Source of the DNA: Ginglymostoma cirratum
Taxonomy: Eukaryota
Assembly: GCA_024137785.1 (NCBI GenBank)
Contig: JAHRHZ010000264.1
Span: forward strand, 27,871,763 to 27,935,762
DNA: 64,000 nucleotides
Reading direction: 5' to 3'
Translations under genes and position numbers: made by a program
Notes under the pieces: model-generated
The model's database searches: none
Told to the model about the DNA's origin: nothing
Seen by the model: the letters and a program-made list of their open reading frames with translations, nothing else
Shown here: positions 1-12,419 of the stretch, piece after piece
Layout of the letters: every line of letters starts with the position of its first letter
Position numbering within the stretch: the stretch's first letter is position 1

Positions 1-109
1 CCTTCATCAGAAATCATTTCTGATGAAGGGTTTGGGCCCGAAACGTCAAGTTTTCCTGCTCCTATGATGCTGCTTGACCTGCTGTGTTCATCCAGCCCCA
101 TGCTTGTTA
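1..109 (+). mobile_element. Penelope-like terminal-repeat fragment in an inverted (palindromic) arrangement, truncated by the window start
   Basis: 1-14 (ccttcatcagaaat) is the exact reverse complement of 16-29. This is followed by a hammerhead-like core and the tail 'gatgctgcttgacctgctgtgttcatccagc', which resembles the tail after the GIY-YIG relic at 9917-10010. Confidence 0.75.
16..51 (+). ncRNA. Minimal type I hammerhead ribozyme motif with an intact core
   Basis: Stem I attt(16-19)/aagt(48-51); CTGATGA at 20-26; extra A27; stem II gggt(28-31)/gccc(36-39); GAAA at 40-43; palindromic ACGT; GUC triplet at 45-47. Confidence 0.65.
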
Positions 110-1550
110 TGGCAGAAATCAGAAAGCTGGAGAGTGAATGTATCATCAAGCTAATCCAGTTTGCACAATGGGCAGCACCGGTTGCACTGATTTTGAAGCC
201 TGTTGGGATTTTAAACAAACAGTAAACTGCTTTTCACTACTGGAAAAGACCCAATCCCTTGGATAGAGGACTAATACACAACACTGGCAGCGGGGGAGCT
301 GTGCTTTACAGAGCTGGACATGAACTATCCATATTTGCAATTGTGGTTAGATGAGGATTCCCAGATGTATGCAACAATTAATACCCATAAGGGTTTGTAT
401 CAATGTACAAGACTGCCATTTAGGGTATTGTCAGCCCGTTCGATTTTTCAGTGGACCACAAACATTTTGCAAGGTCTATCCCAGGTTGCCATCCATCTCG
501 ATGACATGCTAATAACAGAAAAAACTAATAATGAACACATAGAGAACTTGGACTTAATTCTAAGGTGTTTTTTCCAAAGTGAATATTTGCCTCAGAAGGG
601 AAAAATGTGGGTTCCAGGCCCGTCAAGTGACCAACTTGGGCTATAAAATTATGAGGGAAAATTCATACATAACCTGGCCTCCATCTTTGCATCAACTCCT
701 AAAAATGGGTTATCCTTGGAAATGGGTGCATAGACAAGCGCTAGCTTTCAGTGAAGTAAAGAAACAGCCACAATGATCCAAAGCAAGATCTGGTATTGAC
801 ATGCAATGCCTCCATACAAAGTGTCAGGGTAATATTAGCTCACAGGTGGCCCAATGGAGGGGAATGACCAACCGCGTATGGATCCAGGACTTCAGCTAAT
901 GCAGAGCATAAATACATTCAGATAGAGAAAGAAGGATTGGCGGTCATATTTGGAGTCAGGAGGTTCCACCAATACCTTTATACTGAACATTTGTGACAAT
1001 AATGGACCATAAACTGCCGACTTGGTCTGCTGAAAGAGGTCAAGGCAGTGCCACCCATTGCTTGGGGCCACATTCAGCGGTGGGCTATAATACTAAGTGC
1101 TTATATTACAAGTTAATACGCTGTCCAGGAGGCTGAGTAGCAAACGCAGATGCATTGGGCCACTTTCTGCTGGCAGGTACACTCCTGGTATTACTGCCAC
1201 TTAAAGAGTCTGTAATGGTTTTAAGTCTTCTGGTCACACTTCCAATCACAGCTGGCAATATCAGACTTTGGACACAAAAAAGACCCAGTCCTGTCAAAAT
1301 TGAAACAAGGGAAAACCAAAGGGCAATCGCAACAAGAATTGATATCTTTTTGGACCCAGATAGACCAGTTCACAGTAGAGGATGGCATATTATTATGGGG
1401 AGTAAGACTGATTGCCCAGAGCAAATGTAACTGAAAAATACCGGCTGAACTCTACCAGCGCCATCCAGAGATCTCCAAAATAATGATGGTGGCGAGAAGT
1501 TATGTCTGGTGGCCAGGATTGGATGCAGACTGCATTGGTGAGCAGTTACT
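110..1550 (+). mobile_element. Degenerate Gypsy/Ty3 LTR retrotransposon pol fragment (RT, RNase H, integrase zinc-finger region)
   Basis: ORF 320-646 reads ATINTHKGLYQCTRLPF...IFQ...IHLDDMLIT, a YxDD-like RT motif. ARSYVWWPGLDAD near 1490-1530. Many frameshifts. Confidence 0.85.
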
Positions 1551-1755
1551 GACAGATAGAAAGGGGAGTGTCAGAGATTCTGACACTCAAAGCTGACTCT
1601 GAAGAGGCAGTACTAGGATCAATGACACTTTATGCATAAATAAAGGGTGACTTGGTGACAGGATACTTGCCTCTGTGAAGTTATTTCAACTAGAGTCAAC
1701 GGAAATCAGAGAAAAGCTCTCCGTTCATTAGAAGCGTACATGATACAAAGAAAAA

Positions 1756-2710
1756 ATGGTTAATGTTATTAGAGGTCAGTCATTGCAGTTGAAAGATGAA
1801 GTTCCGCAGGAAAGTATCCTAGGCCCAACTACCTTCAGCTACTTCATCAATGACCTTGTCCCCATCATAAAATGTCAGAAATGGGGGCATGTTTGCTGAT
1901 GATTACACAATGTTCAGCACCATTTATGACTCCTCAGATACTGAAGGTCTGGGCAATATTTAGCTTTGGGTTGGCAAGTAACATTTGTACTGCATAAGTT
2001 CCAGACAATGATCTTCTCCAACAAAAGAGGATCCAACCATCACCTCCAGTGTCGCCTTTGCTGAATCTCCCACTATCAAAATCCTGGAGCTAACAATTGA
2101 GCAGAAACTTAACTGGGCTCGGCATATAAATACAATGGCTTCAAATGCAGGTCAGAGGTTAGGAATCCTGCAGCAAGTAACTCACCTCCAGACTCCCAAG
2201 AGCTTATCCAATATCTGCAGACAACAGTCAGGAGTACGATGGAATACTCCCACTTGCCCAGATAAGTGCAGCTCCAATATCACTCAGGAAGGCTAACATC
2301 ATTCCTAGATAAAGCAGTCGACCTGATTGGCACCACATCCATAAGCATCATCTCCCTCCACCAGTAACACTCCATAGCAGCATTGTGTACCACTTACAAG
2401 ATGCAATGCAGAAATTCACCAAGGCTTCTTAGACAGCACTTTCAAACACATGGCCACTTGGACAAGAGCAGCAGAAACATGGAAAAACTGGAAGCTCCCT
2501 CCAAGATACTCACCACCTTAACTTTGAAATATATCACTGATCCTTCACTTCCACTGGTTTAAAATCCTAAAATTCCCTCCCTAATATTATTGTAGGTCTA
2601 CCTATAGCATGTGGACAGCAGTGATTGAAGAAGGCAGTTGACCTGCACCTTCTCAAGGGCAATTAAAGCTGGCCCAGCTAGCAGCATCCAAATCCCATGA
2701 ATGATAAAGG
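1756..2710 (+). mobile_element. CR1/L2-clade LINE, RT region through the 3' tail, decayed
   Basis: VPQESILGP-like motif at ~1801 and MFADD at ~1889. The 3' tail 'ctcaagggcaatta...atcccatgaatga' is shared with 21810-22710 (-) and with the SINEs at 7500 and 37760. Confidence 0.8.
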
Positions 2711-2779
2711 ATTTTTCTTTTAAAAGACGTTGGATCACCAACTTCAAGGCAATAGTGCATGACAGAAAAAATTACACGG

Positions 2780-3400
2780 AAGTATGAGAAAATAGTGTTG
2801 GTGTGGTTGGCTTTTGACTTTATTAGCTGAGGCATAGAACACAGAGCAGGTAGGTCATGCAGAAACTGTATTAAATACTGGTTACGCCACAACTGGAGTA
2901 CTGCATGCAGTTCTGGCCACTCTATTTTTGGAAGGATGTGATTGGAGAGGATGCAGGGGAGATTTACCAGGATGTTGCCTTGCCAGGAGGGTCTGAGCTA
3001 TAAGGAAAGAATGGATGGGCTGAAGGTGTTGACCTTAGAGCAGTGAGAATGAAAGTGGGCCTGATAGCGGTGTCGAAGATTATGAGGGGTGAAGATAGCG
3101 TGGATAGGAAGGAACTTTTTTCCATTCATCAAGGGGTCAATAACCAGTGGGATAGACATAAGGTAGAAGGCTAAGAGGAGAACTGAGGAGATTTCTGTTT
3201 CACCCAGAGTGTGGCAGAGTCTGGAACTGACTATCTGAACGGATGGTTCAGTCAGACAGTGCTGAAATATTTAAATAGTATTTCGATGTTCACTTGCATT
3301 GCCACAGCCTCCAGCGCTGTAAGCAAATGGCTGGAAGATGAGATTAATGTAGTCAGAACATTGATTACTAGCACAGACCTGATGGGCCAAATATCATCTA
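2780..3400 (+). mobile_element. CR1 LINE 3' fragment
   Basis: LVxPQLEYCxQFWP-like segment at 2880-2920, then the typical CR1 3' end (ttcacccagagtgtgg; gatgggccaaat). Confidence 0.8.
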
Positions 3401-5928
3401 TGAAGATTGAAGCTTTTATGCATTTGGTTTTGTTGAATAGCTTACTGTCAAACATCGTTAAAGTTTGATGATGTGAACTGGATCCATCTTCCAGTATATT
3501 ACTAGGAGAGTGCTTTTCGGTTACAAGTCACAAATGAATTTCTTCACTTGTGGTGTTTTCAGTTGTTTACCTGGCTCAGAGCTGGTTATTGTCTGCTTGA
3601 AATTTTGATGAGCAAAAGTGACCTTATAAAACTTGCATATTAATAACAGGACATTAAACCAACTCTAATTAGAGTAAGCCTATTGTGGCAGTGACACTCC
3701 AGAGTTTCTCCTTAAATAGCTTTGTAATATCTAAAGATGTTGCTTCAGGCTATCTGAAAGAAAAACAATCATGGATGTTTCCACAGCAACTTAAGAGTTT
3801 ATTGGAAATACTGTTCAAATTCATTTCTAATAGCGCATTTAACTGTGTGTGATGCCTGATTGTTATTTTTATCCTGCCTTCCCAGAAGAAAAAGTAAAAC
3901 AAGAAAATGACACATTGGTCCAATTCATTTTGTATACCTCCCAGGGGAGATCTGATATGACCAGTGCGTTCATTTCTAAGTATTACTTTTTTTTTTCCAG
4001 TGTTTCCCTCTGAGTTGCAGTTCCTTTCGCCCATGTGTTCAGTTAATTCTATTTGGCAAGCATTATATCCCAACGCAACCTGGAATAAATATTGTTAGGT
4101 TTAATTATCATTAAAAACACTAATTCTCAACGGAGGCAAGCATACTGTGGTTTAGTCCCATAAAACCAGAATCGAATTTGCTTGATATCCAGCCTGTGAT
4201 GAATCAGTTATCATCTCAGCAATGTCAGCTATGGTTCAGATGAGAATCTGATCATGCTCTTTGGGTCATAAGTTGTGGGCTCAAGCCCCACTTCAGTGAC
4301 GTAAACATGGGTTTTAACTATTGAGTCAATAACACCTTTCAGGTTCAAGTGAGGGTCCTGACCTGTCACTGTGACAGAGCCAATCACCTGGCAGTGGGTT
4401 TCCATGAATTGGCCTTTTAGTGGCCAGAGGCCAAGTTCACTGACTGCTTTTGAGAGTTTTCCTAGCTTCATGGAGACAGGTTTTGGCCTAGCGGGGGTGA
4501 CGATGAGGGAAGTAAGTTGCAGAGAACTCATTTAGGATAGTTCCCTGACCTTGTGAAGCCTTCTGTTGCACTTCTATAATCTGGGCTGCCTCTGGAATTG
4601 CAAACCTGCTGAATGAAATTGGACAGACTTTTAACTTATTTAAGGACTTCATTAAGTACCAATTCCTGAGAGTGATAACATGTGGAAGGCATTGCAGATA
4701 GTCACACAATTGTGAGGCTAGGAAATTATTTTTTCAGGACTAACATTTGAGTCTGAGATTCTGTCTGCATTCTCGATTAAGTTGTATAGGTGAATAATGG
4801 AAAAGTGTATGAAGAGCTGTGGAAATGTGTTTAGATTTATTTGCTAACCCAACAGTAAATCAACCCAGACTAGTTAGATCAAATGGCCCATTCTGTTGCT
4901 GTAACTTCTACGTGTTTCTAAGTAAATCTATTAATATAAATGCGGATCTATGTTAACACTGATTTTTAAGTTCTGAGGGGAAACATTGCTATAAGAAGAA
5001 GAAGAAAGCCTCGGAATTGCACAGGCTCATGGAAATGAAGGACCTTGATGGGGATAACAAAAATTTTAGGTTTGCCTTGGGTACTATGTAATATCTAGAG
5101 ATTTGATTTAAAGTGCGTCCATGCTTGAAAAACTTGAAAATGTCAAATGAACTGGAATCTTAGATTAGTTTCTGACTTGAAATAATTCCTTTGCTTCGTG
5201 ACTCCATTGGCAACTCTGCTGCTTGCTTTGTTCAAGCAGTTTGACATGAATCTCTGGATATTTATGAAGAAAGGAATTAAATTGATCAGAGATCACTACG
5301 TCACTAAATGTTTAATTTTGGACCACTGCATATGTTCAGTGGGTAGAGGCATGCGCTGGTTTGTAACAGTGACAAATTGCACACTCAGTTTTAGAAATAC
5401 ATTGCAACATCTTGAAAATGGAAATGTAATTATGCAAATAGATGGATATTGCTGTGCAATCATTTCCAAATATCTTGGAGTTTAAAATATTCCAGGGAGT
5501 ATTCATTAATTTTAAGTCTTAGTTTTTATTTTACTCAAACGGAAGTATTTCTACCACAGAACTGTCAATATTGTAAGCATTCTCTGCGGACAATAACACT
5601 TCTAAATTACTTACCAACCAAATCTAATTTGAATAACATACTGATTGGCTACAAGGCAGTTGATTGAGCATACTGGGGGATGTTCTAAAGAAATTTGGAT
5701 CAAATCTTAAAAATGTCATGTGGCAGGCAGAGGGTTGATGATTATATTACTTTCATTTGTTAGCCATCCAATTATTTCTCGAATTGTGAAAATAGAAGGC
5801 AGGTGTATCATTAGATCTCAATCACAATTAACATGTTCATTAGATTTTAATTTTGTAACTGATTTTGTCGACAATGAATGTCTTTTACAGTTAGCAGTAA
5901 GACAAAAGAAATTAGATATTTGCCACAT

Positions 5929-6115
5929 CATCATAGAATCCCTACAGGCAGGCCATTCAGCCCATCAAGTCCACACCGACCCTCCGAAGATCATCCCACC
6001 CACATGCACCCCCTCCCCACCCCCCCCCCACCCCCCCCCCCGCCTACCCTATCTCTGTAACCCTGCATTTCCACCTAGCCTACACATCCCTGGACACCAT
6101 GGACAATTTAACATG
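5929..6115 (-). mobile_element. HE1-like tRNA-derived SINE, 3' part, with an expanded C-rich tract
   Basis: Reverse complement of the 3' half of the SINE at 55150-55470 (atcatagaatccctaca...gcccatcaagtccacaccgaccctc). Confidence 0.75.
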
Positions 6116-6249
6116 CCATCTGATGGAATTAAATAAAACAGCAAAACATGAGAACCATTATATTATGATTTGCCACTTAATCATCTTTAGCATTCAAACA
6201 TGAAAGAGCTGGGTAAGTTTTTAAACTTGAACCAGCATTAAAAGAAGAG

Positions 6250-6600
6250 AGAGGCATAGATTGGGTGAATAGCCAAGGTCTTTTTCCCAAGGTAAGGGAA
6301 TCCAAAACTAGATGGCAGAGGTTTAAGGTGACAGGGAAAATATTTTAAAGAGACCTAAGGGGCACCTCTTTCATGGAGAGAGTGGTGCATGTATGGAATG
6401 AGTTGTCAGAGGAGGTGATGGAGGCTGGTACAATTACAACATTTAAAGAGCATCTGGATGGGTGTATGAATAGGAAGAGTTTAGAGGGAAGTGGGCCAAA
6501 TACAAGCAAATGGGGCTAGATCAATTTAGGATATCTGGTCGGCATGGATGAGTTGGACCAAAGGATCTGTTTCTGTGCTGTACACCCCTGTGACTCTACG
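6250..6600 (+). mobile_element. CR1 LINE 3' end
   Basis: Typical CR1 terminal motifs: gtggtgcatgtatggaatgag, acaacatttaaagagcatctggatgg, gtttctgtgctgta. Confidence 0.8.
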
Positions 6601-7499
6601 CCTCAAAGAGGCTGACATGGCAAAAATTATCAAGGTGTAAACAATGAGGTAGCAAGGTTCTGTATAGATAAATGTAGAACATGAAAATGTGCTGGATTAA
6701 TATGCTAGTTTACACAAATTTATGATGGAAAGCCATTTCTATTGTGTACATGGTAGGGTGGAATTTGACTTCCTTTGCCTGGCATTAACAGGGCAACTAT
6801 GGTCTCCAAATGCTATGTAGCCAACTGCATTTCAAAAGGGTCCCACTGCCAGGTGTCCAAAGTGGCAGCCTGTCATTTCATCATTTCAGATATAGACTCC
6901 CTTTAAGCCAGAAAGTAGGGTCCTGCGACATGGTAATGGAAATAAAGAAGTTTGCCACAAGTTAACAGTCAGTTATTTCTGTGGGCTGCACAACAGCAGC
7001 TGTCCTGCAACTGCCTCGCCAGATTCAAATAAGATTGGAGCCTCAAATCACTGGAAGCTGTTTGCTTCCTGAAAGGGTGACTGTGCATTCTGCAATTCAC
7101 TCACTCAAAAGTGAAAAAGACCCAATGGCCTTTGCTGCACATACCCACTGAACACCCTGGGGTGGGTTTGCCCCCTGAATATAACAATGCTGTGAAAGGT
7201 GACTGCTCAATTCTTTGAACAGGAAAACTTTTCTTTTAAACTTGTTTGGCTGATTTTCAAAGATAAGTTTTTTTTTCATTTTTTGTCTTATAATGATACA
7301 CACCCCAATATAAGTGGCCACTTTTAGCAGGATATCCAAGTGGTGATGCTGGTTGTCAGGAGACAGTGGAACATTAACTGACCTGAGATAAATGGATAAA
7401 AAGCAGCAGAATATAAAACGTGTACATACAAGTTCAGGTTCCATGTCTGACCCTGGCGGATCTCTGCTAGCTGTGAAGAGCTATACAGGATTGTAGGTT

Positions 7500-7845
7500 G
7501 GGGCTGGTGATGGCCTAATGGTATTATCACTGGACTGTTAATCCATTGACTCACTGTTCTGGGGACCTGTGTTCAAATCCTGCCATGGTAGATGGTGGAA
7601 TTTGAATTCAATAAAATATATGGAATTAAGAATCTAAGATGACCATTGTCAGGGGAAAAACCCCTTTGGTTCCCTAATGCCCTTCAGGGAAGGAAACTGC
7701 CATCCTCATCCGGTCTAGCCTACATGTCACTTCAGACCTACAGCAATGTAGTTGACTATGAACTGCCCTCTGGTCAATTAGGGATGGGTAGTAAATGCTG
7801 CCTGGCCAGTGATGCCCTCATACCATTAATGAATTTTTTTAAAAA
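7500..7845 (+). mobile_element. tRNA-derived SINE with a LINE-shared 3' tail
   Basis: A-box-like tggcctaatgg and B-box-like gttcaaatcc. The tail 'caattagggatgggtagtaaatgctg' matches the LINE tail at 21810-21870 (-). Second copy at 37760-38050. Confidence 0.8.
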
Positions 7846-8357
7846 GTATAAATGAATTGCATGAGATCTGTGCCATGACAGCATGATGGGAAATAGGTTT
7901 GTTCTGAATAAATATATTAGATATGTTAATAAATAATTAAATACTCATAGCTCTGAATGTTCATGTCAAATCCATGCCATATTTTCCTGCAGATAAGTTA
8001 ATTTCAGGTTTTACATGTATTTTTTCACTGATTAACAGGCAATGTTTAAGGCCTGGTCAGGAACACCATGTAGAGGTCACCACATATTCCTCACTCCATG
8101 ACACTGCAGTCGTCACTTGCATTCTGATTGTGTTGTATTAGGCAATGGCTCTGGAAGGGCTAATGTTTGAGACTACATTACGTGCCACCCAATCAGATGA
8201 TGTCACACAATCCTGGTGGAGGGGATCAGGGAGTCCAGCTTTAGATCCTAATGAAGCAGATGTGTCAACCCTGGCTCCTCGTTGTGTTTTTAATTAAGTC
8301 AAATTAGCCAATTTAAATTGTACCTGTTGCTATGATGCAAATGCAAAAATCCTCAGC

Positions 8358-8462
8358 TTGTGGCACAGTGGTAGTATGTCTACCCCATGCCAAGAAACCC
8401 AGGTTCAAGTCCCACCTGCTCCAGAGATGTGTAATAATATCACTGCACAAGAAGAATAGGTT
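8358..8462 (+). mobile_element. Short tRNA-derived SINE head
   Basis: tggcacagtggtag...ggttcaagtcccacctgctccaga...gtgtaataat. A similar copy lies at 37270-37355. Confidence 0.6.
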
Positions 8463-9359
8463 AATTTTTTTTAAAAAAGGGGAAAAATGTCTATCTTAGC
8501 AATAGGTAGTGGAGTCAGCGCAAGCACTTCAGCTGATTGCCATTGCTGCAAAATAAATAAACCACACATTGTTGTGAAGACTAGTGCCTCTTCTTGTTCA
8601 GACCTGCAAGTAGTTCACAGTCTCTGACTAACCAAACAGACTCTTAGACATAGTTCAGAAAGGAGAATTCGTTGGAACAGTCTACCCCCAACTACAAAGT
8701 ATCAATAGTTGGTTCCACAAACATACAACTTTGAATCATCAGGAGCATTCTCCATTTTGATTCAAATGATATCAACTGATTGTCACCTTGTCCCAAAATG
8801 ATGTACTATACTAAGAAAACAACAGATGTCAGTCAGGTCAGACTAGAGCATTTTGTGATGCTGTCTATGTTATCCAAGTGAACTGAAAACATCATTCATC
8901 TCCCAGTGCTGGTATAACAACTCTGGAAAGAGTAAATGTCAACATGTAATACATCTCAGTCAGGCTGTCTGGTGGAGATGTTAAGTCACTCATCAAGATA
9001 GATGATGTGATGTCAGAAGAAAGGCACTAGGAGCCGTTTTTGAACATTTCAGAGAGCATACGATATAGTTCCTGTAAACGTCTGACAGCAGTTTGCTTGC
9101 TGACCATCCTGACAGAGGCATATTCCATTCTAGCAGCAGGAGCTGCACATTAGCAATTGCATGAAGATCAAGGCACTGATTGCAATCACAACAATGATAA
9201 TGACAACAAGGAACACCGGATTAGAAGAAAAAAACACTAATTTTCAATGAATTGCCCTTTACTGAAAAGCAATATAATTACTAAATCACAGAATTGTTAC
9301 AGTGAGGAACAATGTCATGCATTATGTGTGGACCAACTCTCCAAAAGAGCATCATGACT

Positions 9360-10012
9360 TTATGGTCTCTTCTGCGTTGGAGAGATGAAAAGCAGACTTT
9401 TCATCTGCTTTGCAGAGACCACTTTGCAGAACACCTCCATTCTCTCCATGAAAATGACCCGAACTTCCTGTTGCCTGCTACTTCAACATGCCATCATGCT
9501 CATTGGCTAAAATTTCTACCTTGGGCTTGCTGCAGTGCTCCAGAAAAGTTCAGTACAAGTTGGAAGAACAGCATCTCATTTTCCTCTAGAGGACTCTGCA
9601 ACCTTTAGAACTCAATATTGAATTCAATAATTTTGGGGCCTGAGCACCTTCTCCCATGTCCTTACCCCAACCCCAACACACTAGGCCTTGTCATCACAGA
9701 GGGTGTTACCCACAAACACTCCATTGTCAGCTACTAATGGTTCCCATTAGCAGCTATTCATTCTCCCAGGCTGACCTTTACCCATTCCTTTGTCTGTCCA
9801 ACTGATTTTCTCTCTCTGGGCTCCATCTCCTACTATCAGTTACTTGTGTTTCCACCGCTCCGCCTCCTCACCCACCTTCAGCATATATATCAACTTTTTC
9901 CTAACTACAATCAGTTCTGAAGAAGGATCACTGGACCTGAAACATTAACTCTGCTTTTTCTCCAAAGATACTGCAGACCTGCTGAGTCTTTCCAGAAATT
10001 TCTATTTTTGTT
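9360..10012 (+). mobile_element. Penelope-like retroelement 3' portion: GIY-YIG endonuclease relic plus terminal repeat with a hammerhead core
   Basis: Frameshifted GLFCVGEMKSRL / DHFAEHLHS / LPVACYFN / LEEQHLIF / TLQP / LNIEFNNF, the usual end of a Penelope ORF, followed by ctgaagaaggatcactggacctgaaacattaact. Confidence 0.85.
9913..9950 (+). ncRNA. Degenerate minimal hammerhead ribozyme motif
   Basis: Stem I agtt/aact; CTGAAGA at 9917-9923; imperfect stem II; GAAA at 9939-9942. CATT replaces CGTT, consistent with CpG decay. Confidence 0.5.
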
Positions 10013-10039
10013 GCTGTTGATCCTGACTTATTGCCACTC

Positions 10040-10510
10040 TGTAACCCTTTCCTGTAATCTGCCACATTATTTCTATTTAAATCATCATCTAATACCTTTT
10101 TGAATGCCTTAAGTGGATATGACTTCACAACCTTTCCTGGTTGTACATTCTTATGAAAACATTTTTCCTCACAATACATTTACTTTTATTGCAAATCACT
10201 TTAAATCTGTGCCCTCTTGTTCTGGATCTGTTTACAAACAGGAATAATTTCTCCTTGTCAGCTCTGTCCAGACCCCACATGACTTTGGAAAATTTCAATC
10301 AAATCTCCTCATAGCCTTCTTCTCACCAAGGAGTCGCAACTGCTCCAATTTATCTTCTTACCTTGGGTTTCTCGTCCCTAGAACCATTCTTATAAATATC
10401 TCCTACAGTGTCTCCACAACATTCATATCCTTCCTGAAGTATGGCACACAGAACTGTATACGGTATCTAACTAGTATCTCATACAGGTTCCGTATGATCT
10501 CTTTTCTCTC
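10040..10510 (-). mobile_element. CR1 LINE 3' fragment
   Basis: Reverse-strand CR1 motifs (ctctgtccagacccc, aatcaaatctcc, cagaactgtata). Similar to 35040-35700. Confidence 0.7.
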
Positions 10511-11209
10511 ACACTCTTGTCAACGCAACAAACGTGGTTTTAACTGGCACCTTATCAACCAGCACTCTTGATAAACTGGCAAAAATATGGACCTCAAGTA
10601 CCCCAATCTACCGTGATATGTGAGTATTTATGTTGTAAATAGAGTATAACATTGATGTGTATACCCCATGCATTACATTTCTGTTACTTTGTTGATGTCT
10701 TGAAGATTTGCTTGGCCATGTTTTACTGTGTTATGCATATATCTTGATTTTCTGGAATTTTTGATCAGCCAGCGTACTCCTGGTCTTATAGGAGCCTGTT
10801 AATGAAATGTTTGCTGTATTAACAAATTTTAGAATACCGCATACACTATTAACTGCTTTCTCCACTTATCTTGTCACCTCAAATGGCTAAGGGACACTCA
10901 CATTCAGGTCTCTCTGCTGTGACCATCTGATAATGATAATTATAAAGTATTTATACATGCCCCTGCTTCCATGTGTAAATCTTTTCTTTGGTCCGTAATT
11001 GACCCTACTCCTCCATTAATTATCCTTTTACTACTCATATGCCTGCAGACGACTTTGGAATTCTCTGTATATTAGCTGCCAGTCTTTTCTCACATTCCCG
11101 CTTTGCTTCTCTTATTTGCTTTTACACTTCCACTCTGAACATTTTGTATTTAGCCCGGTTCTGAATTGTACTTCCTACCTGACACCTGTCATAAGCACGA
11201 AATTGCCCT

Positions 11210-11590
11210 TGAGAAGTTAGTACCCTGGGTGAGCTGGTTTTGAATGACAGCAATCCATGAGGAACAGGTACACACACACAGCTGAGATTGAGACAGTTCC
11301 AAGATTTTGACTGTGCAAGTGAAGGAATGGTGTTATAGTATCAAGTCAGGATTGTTTGTGACTTGAAAGAGAACTTATAGGTCATTGTTTTTCTATGCAT
11401 CTGCTGCCATTGTCTTTCTAAGTGTCAGCTGCATTGTCCTGGATGCTGTCGAATTCCTTGAGTATTGTTGGAACTGCACTCAGTCAGACAAATAGAGAGT
11501 ATTCCATCACACTCCTGACTTGTGCTTTATTGATGGGGGACAGGCTTTGGGGGATTTAGGAGGTGAGTTACTGTGGCAAGATTGAGACCA
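11210..11590 (-). mobile_element. CR1/L2-clade LINE fragment
   Basis: gagtattccatcacactcctgacttgtgc and aggtgagttact match 22270-22350. Confidence 0.7.
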
Positions 11591-12419
11591 TTCTCTTGAG
11601 TGAACATTAACAGACCTCATTAAATATTACTATAAATAAGCAATGTTAAGAGAGGACATCTTCTGGAACGCCACAGGCTCAGTTTTCATTTCCGTATGAT
11701 CTGATGTCACAATGAAGGAGCAAACAGCCAGCTGCTTATATACATGCTCGGTAGATATTGCTGAAGTAAAGGCATAGGTAAAACTCATTTCTCCAAATCT
11801 AACCACCATTTCCCCAAGTTCTTTCACAGTGCATTAAACATTTAAATTTAACTATGAACATTTAAGTCTTCACTAATGCTCCCTGTAAACTGCACAGTGG
11901 TCCATGTGTTCAGTCTCTCTAATGCACTGACTTCCAGTTCTGGAATTTTCTGCTGCACATGGCCCCCAGACACCCAGGCAGTTAGTAAGAAAATTAGAGG
12001 GACTACCACGGTTATCTCTCACCTTCCCAACCAGCCCCCACCTCCCCAACAGACTTAGTCTAGTTTGCCTTGAACATTAATCTCCAACAATGTTTCCAGC
12101 TCTGTTGGAGATTATGTGTGCCCTATCTTGTCATTACTGTGGAAAAGGAGGAGAGATGGGGATTGGGACAACAGTTTCAAAGAACAACCGGTTCTCGGGC
12201 TGTACAGCAGGGAAGATCGATCAGGGAAATCTTCTTTTCTCCAAGGAGTCCCAACTTCTCCAATTTATCTTCATACCTGGAGTTCTCATCCCATTCTCAT
12301 AAGTATCTCCCACAGTCTGTCCACTACATTCATTATCTTTCCTAATTAGTGTCAACCAGACTGAAGGAGCAAACAGCCAGCAAGTGAACTGTCATAAACC
12401 CTTGAAGAAGAAGACAACA

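Noticed and set aside
5720-6136. 138-aa proline-rich ORF
   Set aside because: The prolines come from the poly-C tract of a SINE.
12090-12302. CHYCGKGG, resembling a zinc knuckle
   Set aside because: It lacks the His and final Cys of CCHC and has no supporting gag context.
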